Shown here: piece after piece, positions 1-15,000 of the stretch
How positions within the stretch are numbered: position 1 is the stretch's first letter
Layout: each line of letters starts with the position of its first letter
Origin: Tubiluchus corallicola
Lineage: Eukaryota; Animalia; Priapulida
Reading direction: 5' to 3'
Assembly (NCBI GenBank): GCA_030141605.1
Contig: JAQGDQ010000806.1
Span: 29,563 to 93,562 of the forward strand
Length of the DNA: 64,000 bases
Made by a program: the position numbers and the translations under genes
Notes under the pieces: model-generated
Database searches by the model: none
What the model was told of the DNA's origin: nothing
Seen by the model: the letters and a program-made list of their open reading frames with translations, nothing else

Positions 1-19
1 GACAAGCATTCATCAATAT
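1..19 (-). CDS. EGF exon truncated by window edge (DIDECLS...)
   Basis: Minus strand reads ag|ATATTGATGAATGCTTGTC; acceptor AG at 20-21. Confidence 0.8.
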
Positions 20-3000
20 CTAGTCAAATTTTAAAAAACATTAACTATAATCGTGGTTTTGATGTAAACTAAAGTAATTTTTAATAGTCAATAAATAAAA
101 GACCTATAACGAATGAAGAACAAAGATCTTTACTTAGCTACTAAATTTAACTATTGCAGCTGTGGCTCTGAGCAAAACCAGACGTAAGCTTAAAATGCAG
201 GTCAAAATAATCTACTCTTTCAAATATTGAAATTGAACATACCAACTATGTTTTTCATAAATGATTTATGTGAGAGAATTATTACCACACAAACACAATT
301 TGGCATTTGCACAACTATTTCTTCACTCTGTTACATGCATTTTGCCATTCGCTAGTTAGACAGGCACTAGGCCCTGCATTTCGGGAGCACGTTGCACAAA
401 AAATGAGGTGTTGTACCTTGCGGTTCATATGTGTTAGTTTGCGATGAATTGCACATATTCTATAGCTCATGCGTGAGCAAAGCGGTAGGTAAACTTGCCT
501 ACTAGTTTTACTATAACATGTTGTATGTCTCACAGTAGCACAATTTTTTCTTTCACAAACACGTGCAATATTTTTGCTGTTGAAATTTAAGTTAGTTTGT
601 GATGTCACCAATCGTTGGACTCGCCCACCGATAAATCAGTTTTTAATCTAATCTTTAATTATCAGAAACACTTTTGCATATTAAATGTGTTAAAATGAAG
701 CTTTCTATCTGACTTTAAATTGTGAATGTATATGAAAAATCATCCTGGCTTCCTTCATTATAATTGCTATCAGAGAAATTTGTTCTTTTTTGTTACCGTA
801 CGTACATTATCTATGCAACATTTCATTTCATATTTATCTAAATCTTACCTTATAAATCTTATGCTGTCTTTATCTTATGTTGTTGTTGTGAAGATCCATT
901 AGAATGAAATAGAATATTGTAGAATGTTCTGTAGTATAGTAAAACAACCTTCATACCTTGTACAAGATTCGAGAACTTTCTATATGCGATGCACGTAATG
1001 CTTTCTAGATGGTTGATTTGCACTGATATAATATATATTATAAGGCGGAGCTGACCACTGGAGTTTATTCTCTTGTATCCTCGTATTCTCAGATACGCTT
1101 TCACATTTCCAGATTATCACATTTACTGTAAACATTTCGCGTTCCTTCATACTTTTGTGTTGTAGAATTCTCGTATAATAAACTAGTTTAATTTGACGAC
1201 ATGTTTTCTGGTTTTCTCTAGGAGCCTTCCGAGAGAAACAAAACACAACAGTTGTCTTTATCAAGTTATTACAATTTTACAATCTGGTATTTATATGCAT
1301 GTGAACGAAATGCCAGCAATTTGTTACTAGAATTTCGAATATATGACACGAATAAATAAAAAATTACTTACGCCGGACTATAACCTGCTGAATGATTACT
1401 GAAAAACAAGATTTCATTTTTGCGTTGCTTTAGAAAGCGACAAGTTTGTACCTTTTTCGCAATTCGAGCCTTCATATCCGGGATCACAAGAGCAAATGTA
1501 TCTGCCTTCTCGATTATTACACGACCCGTGAATGCAGGGGTTTGATAAACACTCATCAATATCTAAAATATACATGAGATAAATACTTGTGAAAGTAACA
1601 GAGTGAAATTACAAAATAAACAGTGAAGATCAGCTCAAAATGGAAAATTCTCTTACTGTCTATGTTTCAAAAAGTACGAAATTTGTTAAACAAGTGACAA
1701 TTATCTCTAGGAAAACTAATTCATTTCTTGAGTTCTGAAAACATAACTTGTTATTTGTCCAACTGTTAACTGAACATGAAAGGGCCGAAGTTAAGAACAT
1801 TTTCACTTATTTTTCTACTTTATTTTCTGTATTTTTTCATTTTTTATTTTTATTGTGTTCCACGGATACATTATAAAACAATGTAAATAAAAGAAACAAT
1901 AAAGATAAAAAAAATGCATGAAAAATGTGAAATAGCTTAAAGATTTTATATTAGAAACAAGTTTTAGTATTTCAAAACAATTTTAGTATTTCTTTCTACA
2001 AATTTGCAACTCTAGTATTTATTACATTTAAGTGATGTAAAAGGGTAAACAGTATTGATTCACAAATTTTCTCTATTTTTCAGTACAGTTTGTAGCCACA
2101 GCATTTTTGTGTTAGTTATTGATAGTTTTAGATTTAGAAATCTTGCTAAAGCCTTTCTGATGTTTTTTCTTAATAATTTCTTTTCATTTCCTTTTGCACA
2201 ACGTTGATGCAGAATAAATTAGTAACTCCTAGAATTCAGTAGCCCCAAATTATTTGTAAAATTATTCATAAATTTTCGTGAAAAACGGGCATTGTAAATT
2301 GTTTGGATTGTCAGGTTTTTTTATATTGGGTAGCCTACTCTGTAACATTTTATAGGATATTTATGATATTTCTAATGCAGTACCTTTATCGCAATTATAG
2401 CCTTCATAACCAGCATCGCAGGTGCATGTGTATTCATTTTCTAAATTATTGCAGGTGCCTTTGTCACACGGATTTGAAACACATTCATCAATATCTGAAA
2501 AAGTAAAATTTCTAAATCAAGACAAAAAGTTCGGGTGTGAAGACAAAGGCTTGACTACATTGAGCAGTTTATGCAAAAACGATATAAGTTAGCAAATAAG
2601 CTTTATCAGATTACAATGAACCAATTTGCAACAAAGATGTAACAAGTGAACTTGAGCAAAAATACCTAAAGAAGAGGGCAGAGTTTACAGTTTATGCAAA
2701 AACTATATAAGTTAGCAAATAACCTTTATCAGATTACAATGAACCAATTTGCAACAAAGATGTAACAAGCGAACTTGAGCAAAAATATATAAAGACGCAG
2801 CAATCATAATCAGTTTACAGTTTGTACTCTCCAAACCATGATTTTCCAAAGGCGAAATAATACCACAAAATAATGATATATTTTTTTCCAATAAAATAAA
2901 CAATGATTAAATCTGTACCTTGTTTACAGTCATCTGATGTATATCCAGGAGCACAAATACAGGCAAACGTAGTCTCTAAGTCTTTACACGTAGCCCCGTT

Positions 3001-6000
3001 TTTACAAGGATTAGGAGTACAATAGTCAATGTCTGGAAAAAATAATCTTAAAAAATTACTGGTTGCCCAGCTGTAGTAAAATTAACATTATAATAAAGTC
3101 TAAAGAATGCTGTGTAACAGGAAAATGTACACATAATGGTTGACTCGATTACTGACTTATGAAAAAGAGCTTAATGAACATATTTAAGCAATTTTAAGCT
3201 TGACGCTCAACAAATTTATTGTTATCTGATAGAAAAACATTTTTGTACCAATTATTATCTATGTTAATTTTAATTTTGTTCCTTGGTTAGCTATTCTTTT
3301 CATCAAACACTGAAGCATTAGAATTATAAAATATGCAGATACAACATTATAAATGTAACGAAACAAATTATACTAATATGGCACCACACTTTGTTGTGAT
3401 AATGCATGGATTTCACAGTCACAATTGACATCTGATCAATTTGTTAAACATTGTTCACAAAGATTGAAATTGTGGTCACAAAATATGTCTGAAAAATTCC
3501 GAAATAATTCAGAAATTAACTTTAAAAAAGATTTCACGTTTTTTAAGTCCATTATAACTGCAAAGATATTGCAACAAAACTTTTGGACATCTATCATAAC
3601 AAAAAATAATGATAAAATAACAGAACAATTAAGGCCTGGCCTATAACTAGCAAATATTTTTGACCATGCCAAAAACTATTGATGATTTTGCTTCTGTGAT
3701 ATTTTGATTTCAAAAATAATTTTTTTCAATAATTAGGAATGCATTTGTAAGTGCAGTTGTTTTTAACATTAACAGCATAAATTAAAAATGGAAATAAGTC
3801 AGTTTTAGCCCGTTGACTCAGTGACAAGTTCCATTGTATAGAATGCAATCTCATTGAAACCTTTGAAATGATGTGTTAAAAATACTAAAATGGGAACTGT
3901 CACTTTTAACGTGTGACTTGTGATCAAGGGTCAACCATCGTGGCCACGAGACTCACAAAAACTTACTTCATGTTTTTGGAACCTTTCTCATGTGGTTGGG
4001 ATTAGGCTCAGCTTGTACCAATCAAATCATCCCTTTGAGGACTTATTTGGTATACTGCTGCAGCATGGTATTAAACATAATTATTTCCCAGGCTATTTCA
4101 TAACATTTTTTATTCCATAGCAAGGCAAATACAGGTTAGCTCACAACATTTAATTTGCCTTAAATTGACATACCATCAACATCTGTTGCTCGGCACTGAA
4201 TGCACTTTTGTTTTTCATAAACTTCCAATTTCATTTTGACCTTTTAGTGAGACTAACCACTCACTTTAGTGAGACAAACCATTCAGTTAGTGTCATCAAA
4301 ACCTTTCAATTCATATATTACCAGCTACTGTTCTTCGAAATTGAAGATTTTGTTTGACAGCCTGGGAGAGTGTCACTTTAATTCTTTTTTGCCTCATCCA
4401 GGCCTCTCCTTTTATGTATAATAGAAGCCCTGATTATCGGCAACGGAAGCATCGATGTAGAACGGGGAGAAACCGCCTCCATCAGCTACCACGACTGTCA
4501 GTTTTTTAACTCCTTTAACTAAAGGTTGTAAATATAAAGTTAAGCGATAACTTTGCCTCTTATTGCAGGGAAAAACCTGCTCCATCAGTTACTATGGCCG
4601 TCAGTTTTCCTCAGTGAGTTTATACCATTCATTATGCCTATTAATTAGGCAATTACACGGTTAATGATGCGACAAGACAAGTTTCCCATTTACATACTTG
4701 GACAATAAATCTATTTTTACGTACTTCATACAGAGCAGATAGCAATTTGCTTACTTCGGAAATGATTTTCCGGTGCCGTTTGGCTTCAGTATTCGAGTAA
4801 TTTTGAAAATCAAAAGAATGTAAAGTGACATCACTCGAATTGAGAAATTTCATTTTCAAGTCAGTTTTTGGGACCAACACCTTTGCAATAATATTTATAT
4901 TCATTTGTACCTTCATCACATTTATCTCCTTTGTAACCAACATTGCAGGTGCATGTGTATTTGTTCTGTTGATTGTTGCATATACCATTAACACAAGGGT
5001 TTGACTTACACTCGTCAATATCTAGAATATCGAAACAAGCAATTGATTAAAAATAATGATTTTATTAATGTTTGCAAGTGTAGAAAAAATATCGCATGCC
5101 TGCCATTGATAAAAAAAGATAATGCCAAGATAAAGTGGAACAACTCTAACCAGAAAAAATCTGACAGGGATGAAAAGAAAAGCAGAGAAATTTTGTCAAT
5201 ACTCTTTAAATAACTAAAACCATAAATATATGTAAACACAGAAGAGCAGTGTAACAAAGAGAAATATTCACAGTTACCCTGACCTGTGCCTGACCTTGTG
5301 TAAACAGGGCACCTGTACAGTGCACATATTATATATTACATACTATACCTCATTAAAAACCATCTTACTTTAAACTCATTCAGCGTAAAGAAGAATATGT
5401 TGATTTGTTATATGTTGCACATAATTGATTTCAGGATTCCCAGAGTTTTCCACAGCATAATAAATCGTGATAAAAAATGAACTATCATGGTATAATGTTA
5501 AAATTTAGTGAAGTGCTCAAAAGAAAACATCGCAAATTATGATCAAACTGGGTATGATGGTCATCCATTCAGGTTATTTTTGGTAACAATAACTTTTATA
5601 ACACTTTACTCATAATTAGAAATTTTAGTGGAAGATCGGCTATCATGCAGAAAAAAACTAAATTAGTGAGATTATAATAAGGTAGAAGTAGCTTTTAAAA
5701 TTAGTGTAAATGCAAATGCTTAAAAGTAACTAAATGTTGAAAAGGAATATGTATGAATACTAGAAAAAAAACAAAGTTATCAGAAACCTCAACCTTCATT
5801 TCATATTTATGCTGTCAATGTTTCTCTTGTATGCAAACAATTATAATGTGCAATGAAGAAAAGAAAGTACCATCTTCACAGTGAGTGCCAGTAAATCCAG
5901 CAGCACATTCGCAAGTAAATTTATTGATTAGGTCCTTACACGTAGCCCCATTACCACATGGATTTGATAAGCATTCATCAATTTCTGGAAAAAAAAAATT

Positions 6001-9000
6001 ACATTTCACTGTAATTAGAAATTGATATTGTAATTAAGAAAAAGCAATCTGGGCAAAAATAAACAAAATTAATCACAATAAATAAAATTGTTTACAATAT
6101 AAAAATTATTTAGAGATTATGCAAACATATTAAAGACATTTTAAAGACTTTCCAAAGTCAATTGATGAAAATTAATATTTTTTTCATTTTATCTTTCTTG
6201 TTCATCAGATCAAGAACTGCCACAACTGTACAAAATGCAACATGCATATAGAAAAGGTTCTCCCAATCCCAATTAGGTTTGATTGATTGATTGATTGACC
6301 TGCATGATTGAGAATACCACTTTTGGTAGACCTTGAAGCAAACATAATGTGTAAATGATGTTCTTTCTCTTCACGTTCGTTCATACAACTAGAGTAATCC
6401 GTGGTGTCCAGAAGTCTACGAGTTTTATCTAATTCATCTTTATTAGCTTTATTAAATAAGCCTCTATAGGGCACTCAACCTTTATATTTTTAACAACATT
6501 TATTTTGCAACATACATCTACAATGCAGATTATAAAGAATTTGACGTGGTCAGCAACTTTGTTTCATTATTACTTATGCAAAGATTCTGAGCTCATTGGT
6601 GATAAAATTATCAACATTGCAACTAATAATGCCATATTAGCGTATTTATCAAAGGAATGAACCCAAAAGAATATTGAGTTTCTAAAAATTGTTATAGAAA
6701 CAAATTTTAATAAATCTAATTTCAGCTCGACTATATATATAGCAAAAAATATTTATTTTTATCATTTCTAAAATAGTTTAGTTTCTCATAATTTTTTTGT
6801 ATTTCTATCAAACCAGGTGGTTTATATACTATGCAAACAAGCAAGCTTTCTACTTGTGGTTGGTTTTTAATTTCAAAAAACATTACCAGACATATTGCCC
6901 CTTGCATCATGGAACATAATAGGAAAATATGGAGACATAACAGCAAATAGTGCAAAGAGCAAATTATCTTATTTTCAAGACAATACAATTAAATACCTTC
7001 TTACAGTTTCCATTCGAAATTAGACTGTGAATTAATGTGCATTTAAAACATTAAATAATATGACAGACATGTAAAAATTCACTTCAAAATTTGCATTTTT
7101 GCATCTGTTTAACTTGCCGTTTCTACTTACAAATCAAAGTTTATTGCAAAATTACTAGGCTATGTTTACTCAACTGACTCATGCAGATATTCATATTCCA
7201 TGAAAAGTTCTCTACCATTCAAAGTGTTTCACGTCACGAAAAAAATTCAACTTACTTGCTAACAGCTAACAAAAACAGTAACACAAAACCTTTTCTGAAT
7301 GAATCTGCAAAAAAAGTATTAATCGCATTGTACCTTTGTCGCAATTAGTTCCTTCATAGCCAGGATCACAAGTGCAAGTGTATTGGTTTTGTAGATTATT
7401 ACATGAACCGTGATCACAAGGGTTTGACTCACATTCGTCAATATCTAAACATATCAAGATAATGAAGATAATGATCAAGATATATGAAAAAACAGCTTTA
7501 TTTGCTTTTAACAATTTATTCAACAATAAAAAGCAATCCTGAGATCTTGTGCAATTGCTCTACAAAATGTTCCAAATTTTTGGTTGAAAGATAAGCCACT
7601 TGCTTACTATAAAAATTTATTTAATGAATATAGCCCTGTAAATTTACATTTTGGCTTTTATCTCTGGGATGTAAAGAATACTAGCATTTTAAACTCCACT
7701 TCCTGTCTACCACATATCACCTGAATGCATGTGGAAAATTCAAACCGTACGACAATTGGATAGCAATAGAAAAATTGACCTATTTCTCTTGAGTCAGTGC
7801 CACTTTCACAAAGGTTACTGATCACCTTGTCATCCTCAGTGACCCTAACAGGTCCCTACCCTGGCCCAGGACTTCTGCCCTGTAAGTTTCGCGGATAAAC
7901 AAGAATTGAAAAGTGCAAAATTGATGCCTAACGCAATGAAAATTGATGATGATCAAGACTGGAAATCGGTGTTTGTCATCTCCCATGTCTAAGACTTGCA
8001 TTTTCCAATAAAAACAGAATATGGAATAAGTAGTGCTCTTTGAAGTAATCAATCTAGCTTTGAAACTTCTATCAAGTGGGCAGCATGTTTTAGTATAAAA
8101 CCCTTCTATAAGGTATAAACAAAATAACACACATATTATGAAATCCTATATACCTTGCTCACAACTTGCTGCAGTAAATCCATCAGGACAAATACAAGTG
8201 TAAGTGTTGGTTAGTTGCTTACATGTGCCTCCATGCCTACAAGGATTTGGTACACAATAGTCGATATCTGAAAAAAATGTCCCAGAAAATTACTTGCTGT
8301 CTAAATGCTTCAGTAAAAGAGAAAAAACTGTTCCCACATTAAAATTATTGTTCAGTTTCACCAACCATTACAATAACCCTGACTCCCGTAAAGTTTAGCA
8401 GGTAGTTGTATAATTGCGTTAATTACATTTTCTGACTTTGAACAACAGACATTGTCCTGCTGCAGATTTAGTCACAAAGCGTGAAAAGCTTAACTTAATA
8501 CATTCAAACTTTAGTATGCCATGTCAGCAGATGTTCAAACTTTGGTATGCCATGTCAGCAGATGTTTACTCTGTTAACAAAAGTGAAGTCATTTATTCGC
8601 TAATTCATTGCACTCATCAAAACAGCAGCAAACTTAAAATCGCTACACGTGTATCAATTTAGAAATAAATAAAAAAAATTTAGATATTTTATATAGTGCC
8701 AACTACCTGTGTCACATCTGTCTCCTTTGAAACCGGGATCGCAGGTGCAAGTATATTTATTTTCATGATTATTACATTTACCGTTGACACAAGGGTTAGA
8801 TAAGCATTCATCGATATCTAAAGAATTCATAAAAAGCTAAATGTTAAAACAGAAAAAAAAACAAAAAAGAAAAACTTATTTAACTCCTTAAGAACAGCAA
8901 GATTCTACAGTTTTTTCAAGAGTTATAAAAAACTGCTCTTGTTAGGTAACGATTACGTTATATTTCATAGTTTTTGTAAGTTTCTACTACACATACAATT

Positions 9001-12000
9001 TACATAAAATGCACCTGCTTACCTTACACAAACTAAAAATCGACTTTTGACGAAGATTTAAAAAAATTTTTAGAGTAACTGCAGTGTTTGCACTCTAACA
9101 ATGTACATGTGCAGAATTGGGCAACTTGTGCATAATCAGCTAATGCAGAAAATTGAAACTATTCAGACACATTAATCTGACACAGTTTCGACTCAAGTCT
9201 GCTCTATTTTTGGAAGAAAGTTCTGTTAAAAATGAAACAACCTTAATTTTTTCTTGACTGTTCCCTTGTTTTTTCCTGGAACCTTGTACAGACAGACTAG
9301 GACACTTGGTTGTCTAAGTTGGAGTGTGTGAAAGGACGGGTTTAATGTTTTAAGCAAGTTTTTTGTTTAGAAAATCATTTGGAAAGACGACATTCTTCTT
9401 AAAGGAACAACACTTAATTTGTAATCATTTAATTATGTTTTAGGTAGCAGTAGCTAAGCAACATTTCATCAGCAGAAAAGATTATAAGATCTATTTTAAA
9501 GGATGCAGTTATGAAGGAGTTAAGGAATTCAGCAAAAATAGTTAGTCTTCTACATGCAAAAAGGTAACATAAATAAATGGCTGTTATGTTGCACAACATT
9601 AATCTCTATATGTACTCAGACTAATTGATCCTATGTGCATCAATGCACGAGGACATCAATATAGCTTCAACTATTGTGCATATTAATAAATTTTTACAAC
9701 ATGTTACCTTGTTCACAGTTTAGTGCAGTATATCCACTAGGACAATTACAAGTGTATGTGTTGATTCCATCTATACATGTGCCTCCATTTCTACACGGAT
9801 TAGGCGTGCAGTTGTCAATAACTAAAAAATGAGAATCAACTGATCTGCTACGTTCGTTCACAAAACAATTTGCACGTCATGCTTCACAAACAGTTTTAAA
9901 AATTTATTGATAAATGTTCCTAAGTATAAACTTGAACAACTTCAATATTTGCAAAACTCAGCAGCTAGATTTACTACCTTTACATCCACATTTCAGAATA
10001 ATTATTACATCCATTTTTCATCATTTCTATTTGCTAGCGACTGAGCAATGTGTTCAGCTGCTACATGTATTTAAGGTGCTTCATGGCGAAACACCCGATT
10101 ACATTTGTGACATAGTCAAACAAATTCCAATTAGAAATTTTAACGTTGTATTTATGGATCAGGAAAGCTGTTCGATCGGAAACTGATTATGTTCATTCAG
10201 TAGTTCTTTTACAAATATTAAGTACAAAAATAAACACTTACGTTGACCAGTTTTCAACTTTGCTTCTATCAACATCTATGTGTTAAGAAATTTTAACAGC
10301 ATAAAATTTCACCTTGGTCACAATTATCTCCTTCATAGTTTGACCGTTAAGCAGTGACCACAATCAATAACTGAATTTGTTCATTTAGCATTTCTTACAC
10401 TCATTCAATGTTAAAAAACAATTATGTTTATCAATTTTTCAGGAAATCTTCATACTAATTTTTTTCACATATTAAAAAACTTGTTAAGAATTTTTTTGAT
10501 ACAGCTGTAATATATAATTGTACCTTTGTCACATCTATCCCCTTCATAGCCAGCTTCGCAGGTACAAGTGTACATATTCTCTAGGTTATTGCATTTACCA
10601 TGGTCGCATGGATTTGACTGACATTCATCAATATCTAAAGTATTCAAAACAAACATCAATGTATTTTTTTAATCAATTTTTAAAATGATAATATTAATGT
10701 TAAGTATCATTACACAAGCAAAAGCTAACAGATTACAAAACCTTATATCATTAAGTTCAACCAGAAAATGGTGAAGAAATAAAAATATGGTCACCAAGCA
10801 GAACAAAATGAACAACAAGTAGAAATATTTGCTGTTTTGTCTTTTGCAGTAATGCAAAGAGCAATATCTTCATTCCAACATCCAATCAAAAACAAGTTAT
10901 TCCAAGTATTTTACTTATAAAATGTTTGCCTTCAGTTACACTCTTAATTATAACATGATTACAACTTGCAACAAAATGCACTTGAACTAATTCCATTAAC
11001 TTTCAGTTCGTAAAATTTAGCTAAAACAATTGTTCCAGAAAAAATGATTTACAGAAAAACAATTTTACTTTCTTCAAAACAATTTTTATTAGTACATTCA
11101 AATCAGATTTTTGTATTGCATTATTCTAGCAGTTTGAGCATTAAGCAGTGACCACGATCAATAATTGGGTTTGTTCATTTAGCATTTTTTACACTCATTC
11201 AATGTTAAAAAACACTTATGTTTATCAATTTTTCAAGAAATCTTCATACTAATTTCTTTCACATATTAAAAAACTTGTTAAGAAATTTTTTGATACAGCT
11301 GTAATATATAATTGTACCTTTGTCACATCTATCTCCTTCATAGCCAGCTTCGCAGGTACAAGTGTATTTATTCTCTAAGTTTTTGCATGTTCCATGGTTG
11401 CATGGATTTGATTGACATTCATTAATATCTGGAAAATTCAAAAAGCACATCAACGTAGTTTTTAAAATCAGTTTTCAAAATGATAATATTAATGGTGAAT
11501 CATAATCATAACACAAGCAAATGCTAACAGATTGCAAAAGCTTATAACGTTAAGCTCACTCAGAAAATTGTGAAATTAATAAAAATACGGTCTACAAACA
11601 GAAGAAAATGAAAAACAAGTAGGAAAAATTTGATTTTTTTGTGTTTTGCAGTAAAGCAAACAGTGATATTTTCATTACAATTTCTAATCAAGAACAAGAT
11701 ATTCCAAGTATTCTTCTTAAAAGTTTGCCTTCGCTTACTGTCTCATGATTACAACTTGCAAGAAAATGCATTTGAATTAATTCCATTAACCTTAATTTGC
11801 TAAAATTTAGCTAAATCTACGTTCCAGAAAAAATTTCGTATGATTTACAGAAAAACTTTTACCTGTTTTTAAAACAATTTTTATTACTACATTCAAATTG
11901 CACTGTTCAAAGCACAATTAGAGTGTCGCAACTATTTCTTGCAGTTTGAGTGTTAAGCAATGACCACGATGAATAATTGGGCTTGTTCATTTAGCATTTT

Positions 12001-15000
12001 TTACACTCATTCAATGCTAAAAAACACTCATGTTTATCAACTTTTGAGGAAATCTTCACACTAATTTCTTTCACATATTGAAAAACGTGTTAAGAATTTT
12101 TTTGATACAGCTGTAATATATTATTGTACCTTTGTCACATCTATATCCTTCATAGCCAGGTTCGCAGGTACATGTGTACATATTCACTAAGTCTTTGCAT
12201 GTTCCGTGGTCACATGGATTTGATTGACATTCATTAATATCTAAAGTATTCAAAAAACACATCAACGTAGTTTTTAAAATCAGTTTTCAAAATGATAATA
12301 TTAATGTTGAATCATAATCATAACACAAGCAAATGCTAACAGATTGCAAAAGCTTATAACGTTAAGCTCACTCAAAAAATTGTGAAATTAATAAAAATCC
12401 GGTCTACAAACAGAAGAAAATGAAAAACAAGTAGGAGGAATTTGATGTTTTGTGTTTTGCAGTAATGCAAACAGTGATATTTTCAATCCAATTTCTAATC
12501 AAGAATAAGATATTCCAAGTGCTTTTCTTAAGTATTTGCTTTCAGTACTGAAGAAACCAGAAAATAACTTTCTTAGCATGGAGGTAACTGCCTGCCATTG
12601 TTTATGTGAAGCCTCAATATAACATTACATAAAAATATAAGCAAATGGTAGCTTCCCTATAAGATTCACCTATAGTGCATATATTCTACATGCTGTAAGA
12701 TGAATTCAAAAATATAAGACACTAGCAGCTATCTGCTTACTTCACTGCAGTAAATATTAATAACAGTAAATATTAATAATAGTAAATTTTTAATAATAAT
12801 TAAAAAAAGAAATAATAATAATAATAACAACAACAACAACAACAACAGACAGAAAGCTATTTGTACTATGTACAGAAATGAACTAACAATAATGCATCAA
12901 ATGAAATTATATTAGCAAAAATGCATTAGACTCTGTAATCTCACTAATTTGTAATTAATGCACCTACTAAGATATATAAATCATGGAATTTTTGATGGAG
13001 TTGGTTTCGACTTGCACTATATAAAGGGGTTTTGAGCAGATAATGTTCAATATTTTCAGTATGATAAACACATAAACAATTTTTACTGACATTAGTGTCT
13101 TTACTGACATTAGTGTCTATTACCAATAGTTTCTTTACAATCATGTCAATGTAGATGATTCTTATGTGGCAATTGGTTTTACCGATTACGTTTGGAGTAA
13201 AAAATTTTGGTTGATTAAAAAACCAAAGTATGTTTTTCTTTAGATATGGACATACTCTTCGATTGAGTACATTCAATATTGTTGTAAATTACTCCACATG
13301 GTAAAGGTTAAAGGAAAAATCATATTCATTACTTAACAAATTGACGTATATACCTCTATTTTGAACAGGCAACGATTCGTACAACAATAATGGTGATATT
13401 TTTTGTTAAATTTTCTCGATTCATTTTTAGCTTCAATTAATTCAATTATTTTCTCAATTAAAAACTGGTTTTTAGTACACTCGATCATCAAGCTATACTT
13501 AAGACATTCACTTAGTGTGACAATGAAACACTTTTGTCACATTCATTAAATCTTGTTTCAAACATGTGGACATGTGGGCAAGGTCAAAGCAGCTTCAATG
13601 ACCCGAACTCCGCATAATCGTGGATTGACATTGCACACTGGAGTGGAAATTGTGACTTACTCTTTAATTACTAAAATTTAAACAAAACAAAATCATACTA
13701 GAAATCACACAACGTGTTTTAAATTGTCAGAAAAAATGCAGACTTTTCACATAGAATCCAATATAACAATTAGTATTGCTTCCATCAATGATATCATAAC
13801 CAACACCACAGAAACGAGGAGATTTACTTTCAAGGTTATAGAATATACCATTTGAAAAACATTCAGCAACATAAAATTATAGAATTCAAATTAAACAATG
13901 ATGTAAATGTTGTTCTTGACGACGCATTTTTAACACTTTGATTAGCGTCATTCAAATAATTGTAAAAATATTATGTCTGCAACAAATCAGCCATCTGTGG
14001 CAAAACCTCATTTAAACGCTGTCCTGTCTAAGTACAGAGAGAAGTTAAAAGGGAAGTCACGTTGTAGAGTTTCAAGTTTAAACTATTGGCTTATTAAAGT
14101 ACATGTTTCTGTAACTATCTGCCCGCATTGAACTTTAATTATGACAATTAAATGTGCAGCTTAATTAACAAAAAATAATTTGTCTTAACGACTAAATTAA
14201 GGTAAATGTTAAACGGTAAAGTTAACTTAGTGCAACACGTTTATAACAGGAAACCTTCTCTCAAACATTTATGAATAAAAACTTAATTTCTTGCTGCTTT
14301 CACTTGAGTGATAAAATGTTACTCTAGATTTTCTAATAACTAAGATTAAAAAATGGATTTTACCTTTTCACAATAAAATTAACAAAATTTCTAGCATAAA
14401 TCTACTTTAACATAATACTATGTATAAAACACATTTCGTCAAATCTATCAAGTGGATGTGTGCATTTAAACTTGACATTTTTGCTCAAATTCTCTTAATT
14501 AAATACAAACTGAAAAATTCAAGCTTATTTAATATTAAACACAGAATAGTTTTTCTTGTCATCATTTAAACCATTAATAATTAAAAACAGTTATGTCACC
14601 ACAACATATGATTTTCTTTTTGAATTTTGTAATTTGGGTTCATCACAAAACCAAAAGCTCTGCAAATTTCGAGCATAAAAAATATACTATTTCAATGCTT
14701 GTTTGCTATGATGAAATATATTTGTATATTAGAACATTTTTGCCTAATTTCACATTTCTAACATCTAAACGTGAAGTAGATTCTAAACTAGACAGAACAT
14801 TAGCCTGCATAGAAACAGCAATTCCCCCAAAATCAACTATTCAGACTGGTTGTGTTTGAGCAGATAAAGTTTAATGCAATTTTACTAAAAGCATATTAAA
14901 ACAGAGCAGACCTGTAGGACGGGAGACCACAAACAAACGTGCTTTAAAATTCAACTACAGTGTTTTCTGTTATACAAAAAAACATTCTGTTTTCTGTTAT

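Larger units (their letters stand above)
10340..12545. repeat. Tandem triplication of an ~800-bp exon+intron unit
   Basis: Intron motifs (TTAAGCAGTGACCAC...TTCATTTAGCATTT...TACACTCATTCAATG) recur at ~10347, ~11141 and ~11953; exon starts are 794 and 812 bp apart. Confidence 0.9.

Noticed and set aside
3803-4145. Possible Helentron-associated or other short element in an intron
   Set aside because: Composition is suggestive, but there is no second copy, TIR or TSD in the window.
4911-8817. KGD tripeptides (GYKGDKC, GFKGDRC) as integrin-binding motifs
   Set aside because: They fall in the generic G-Y/F-x-G-x-x-C EGF consensus, so chance is sufficient.
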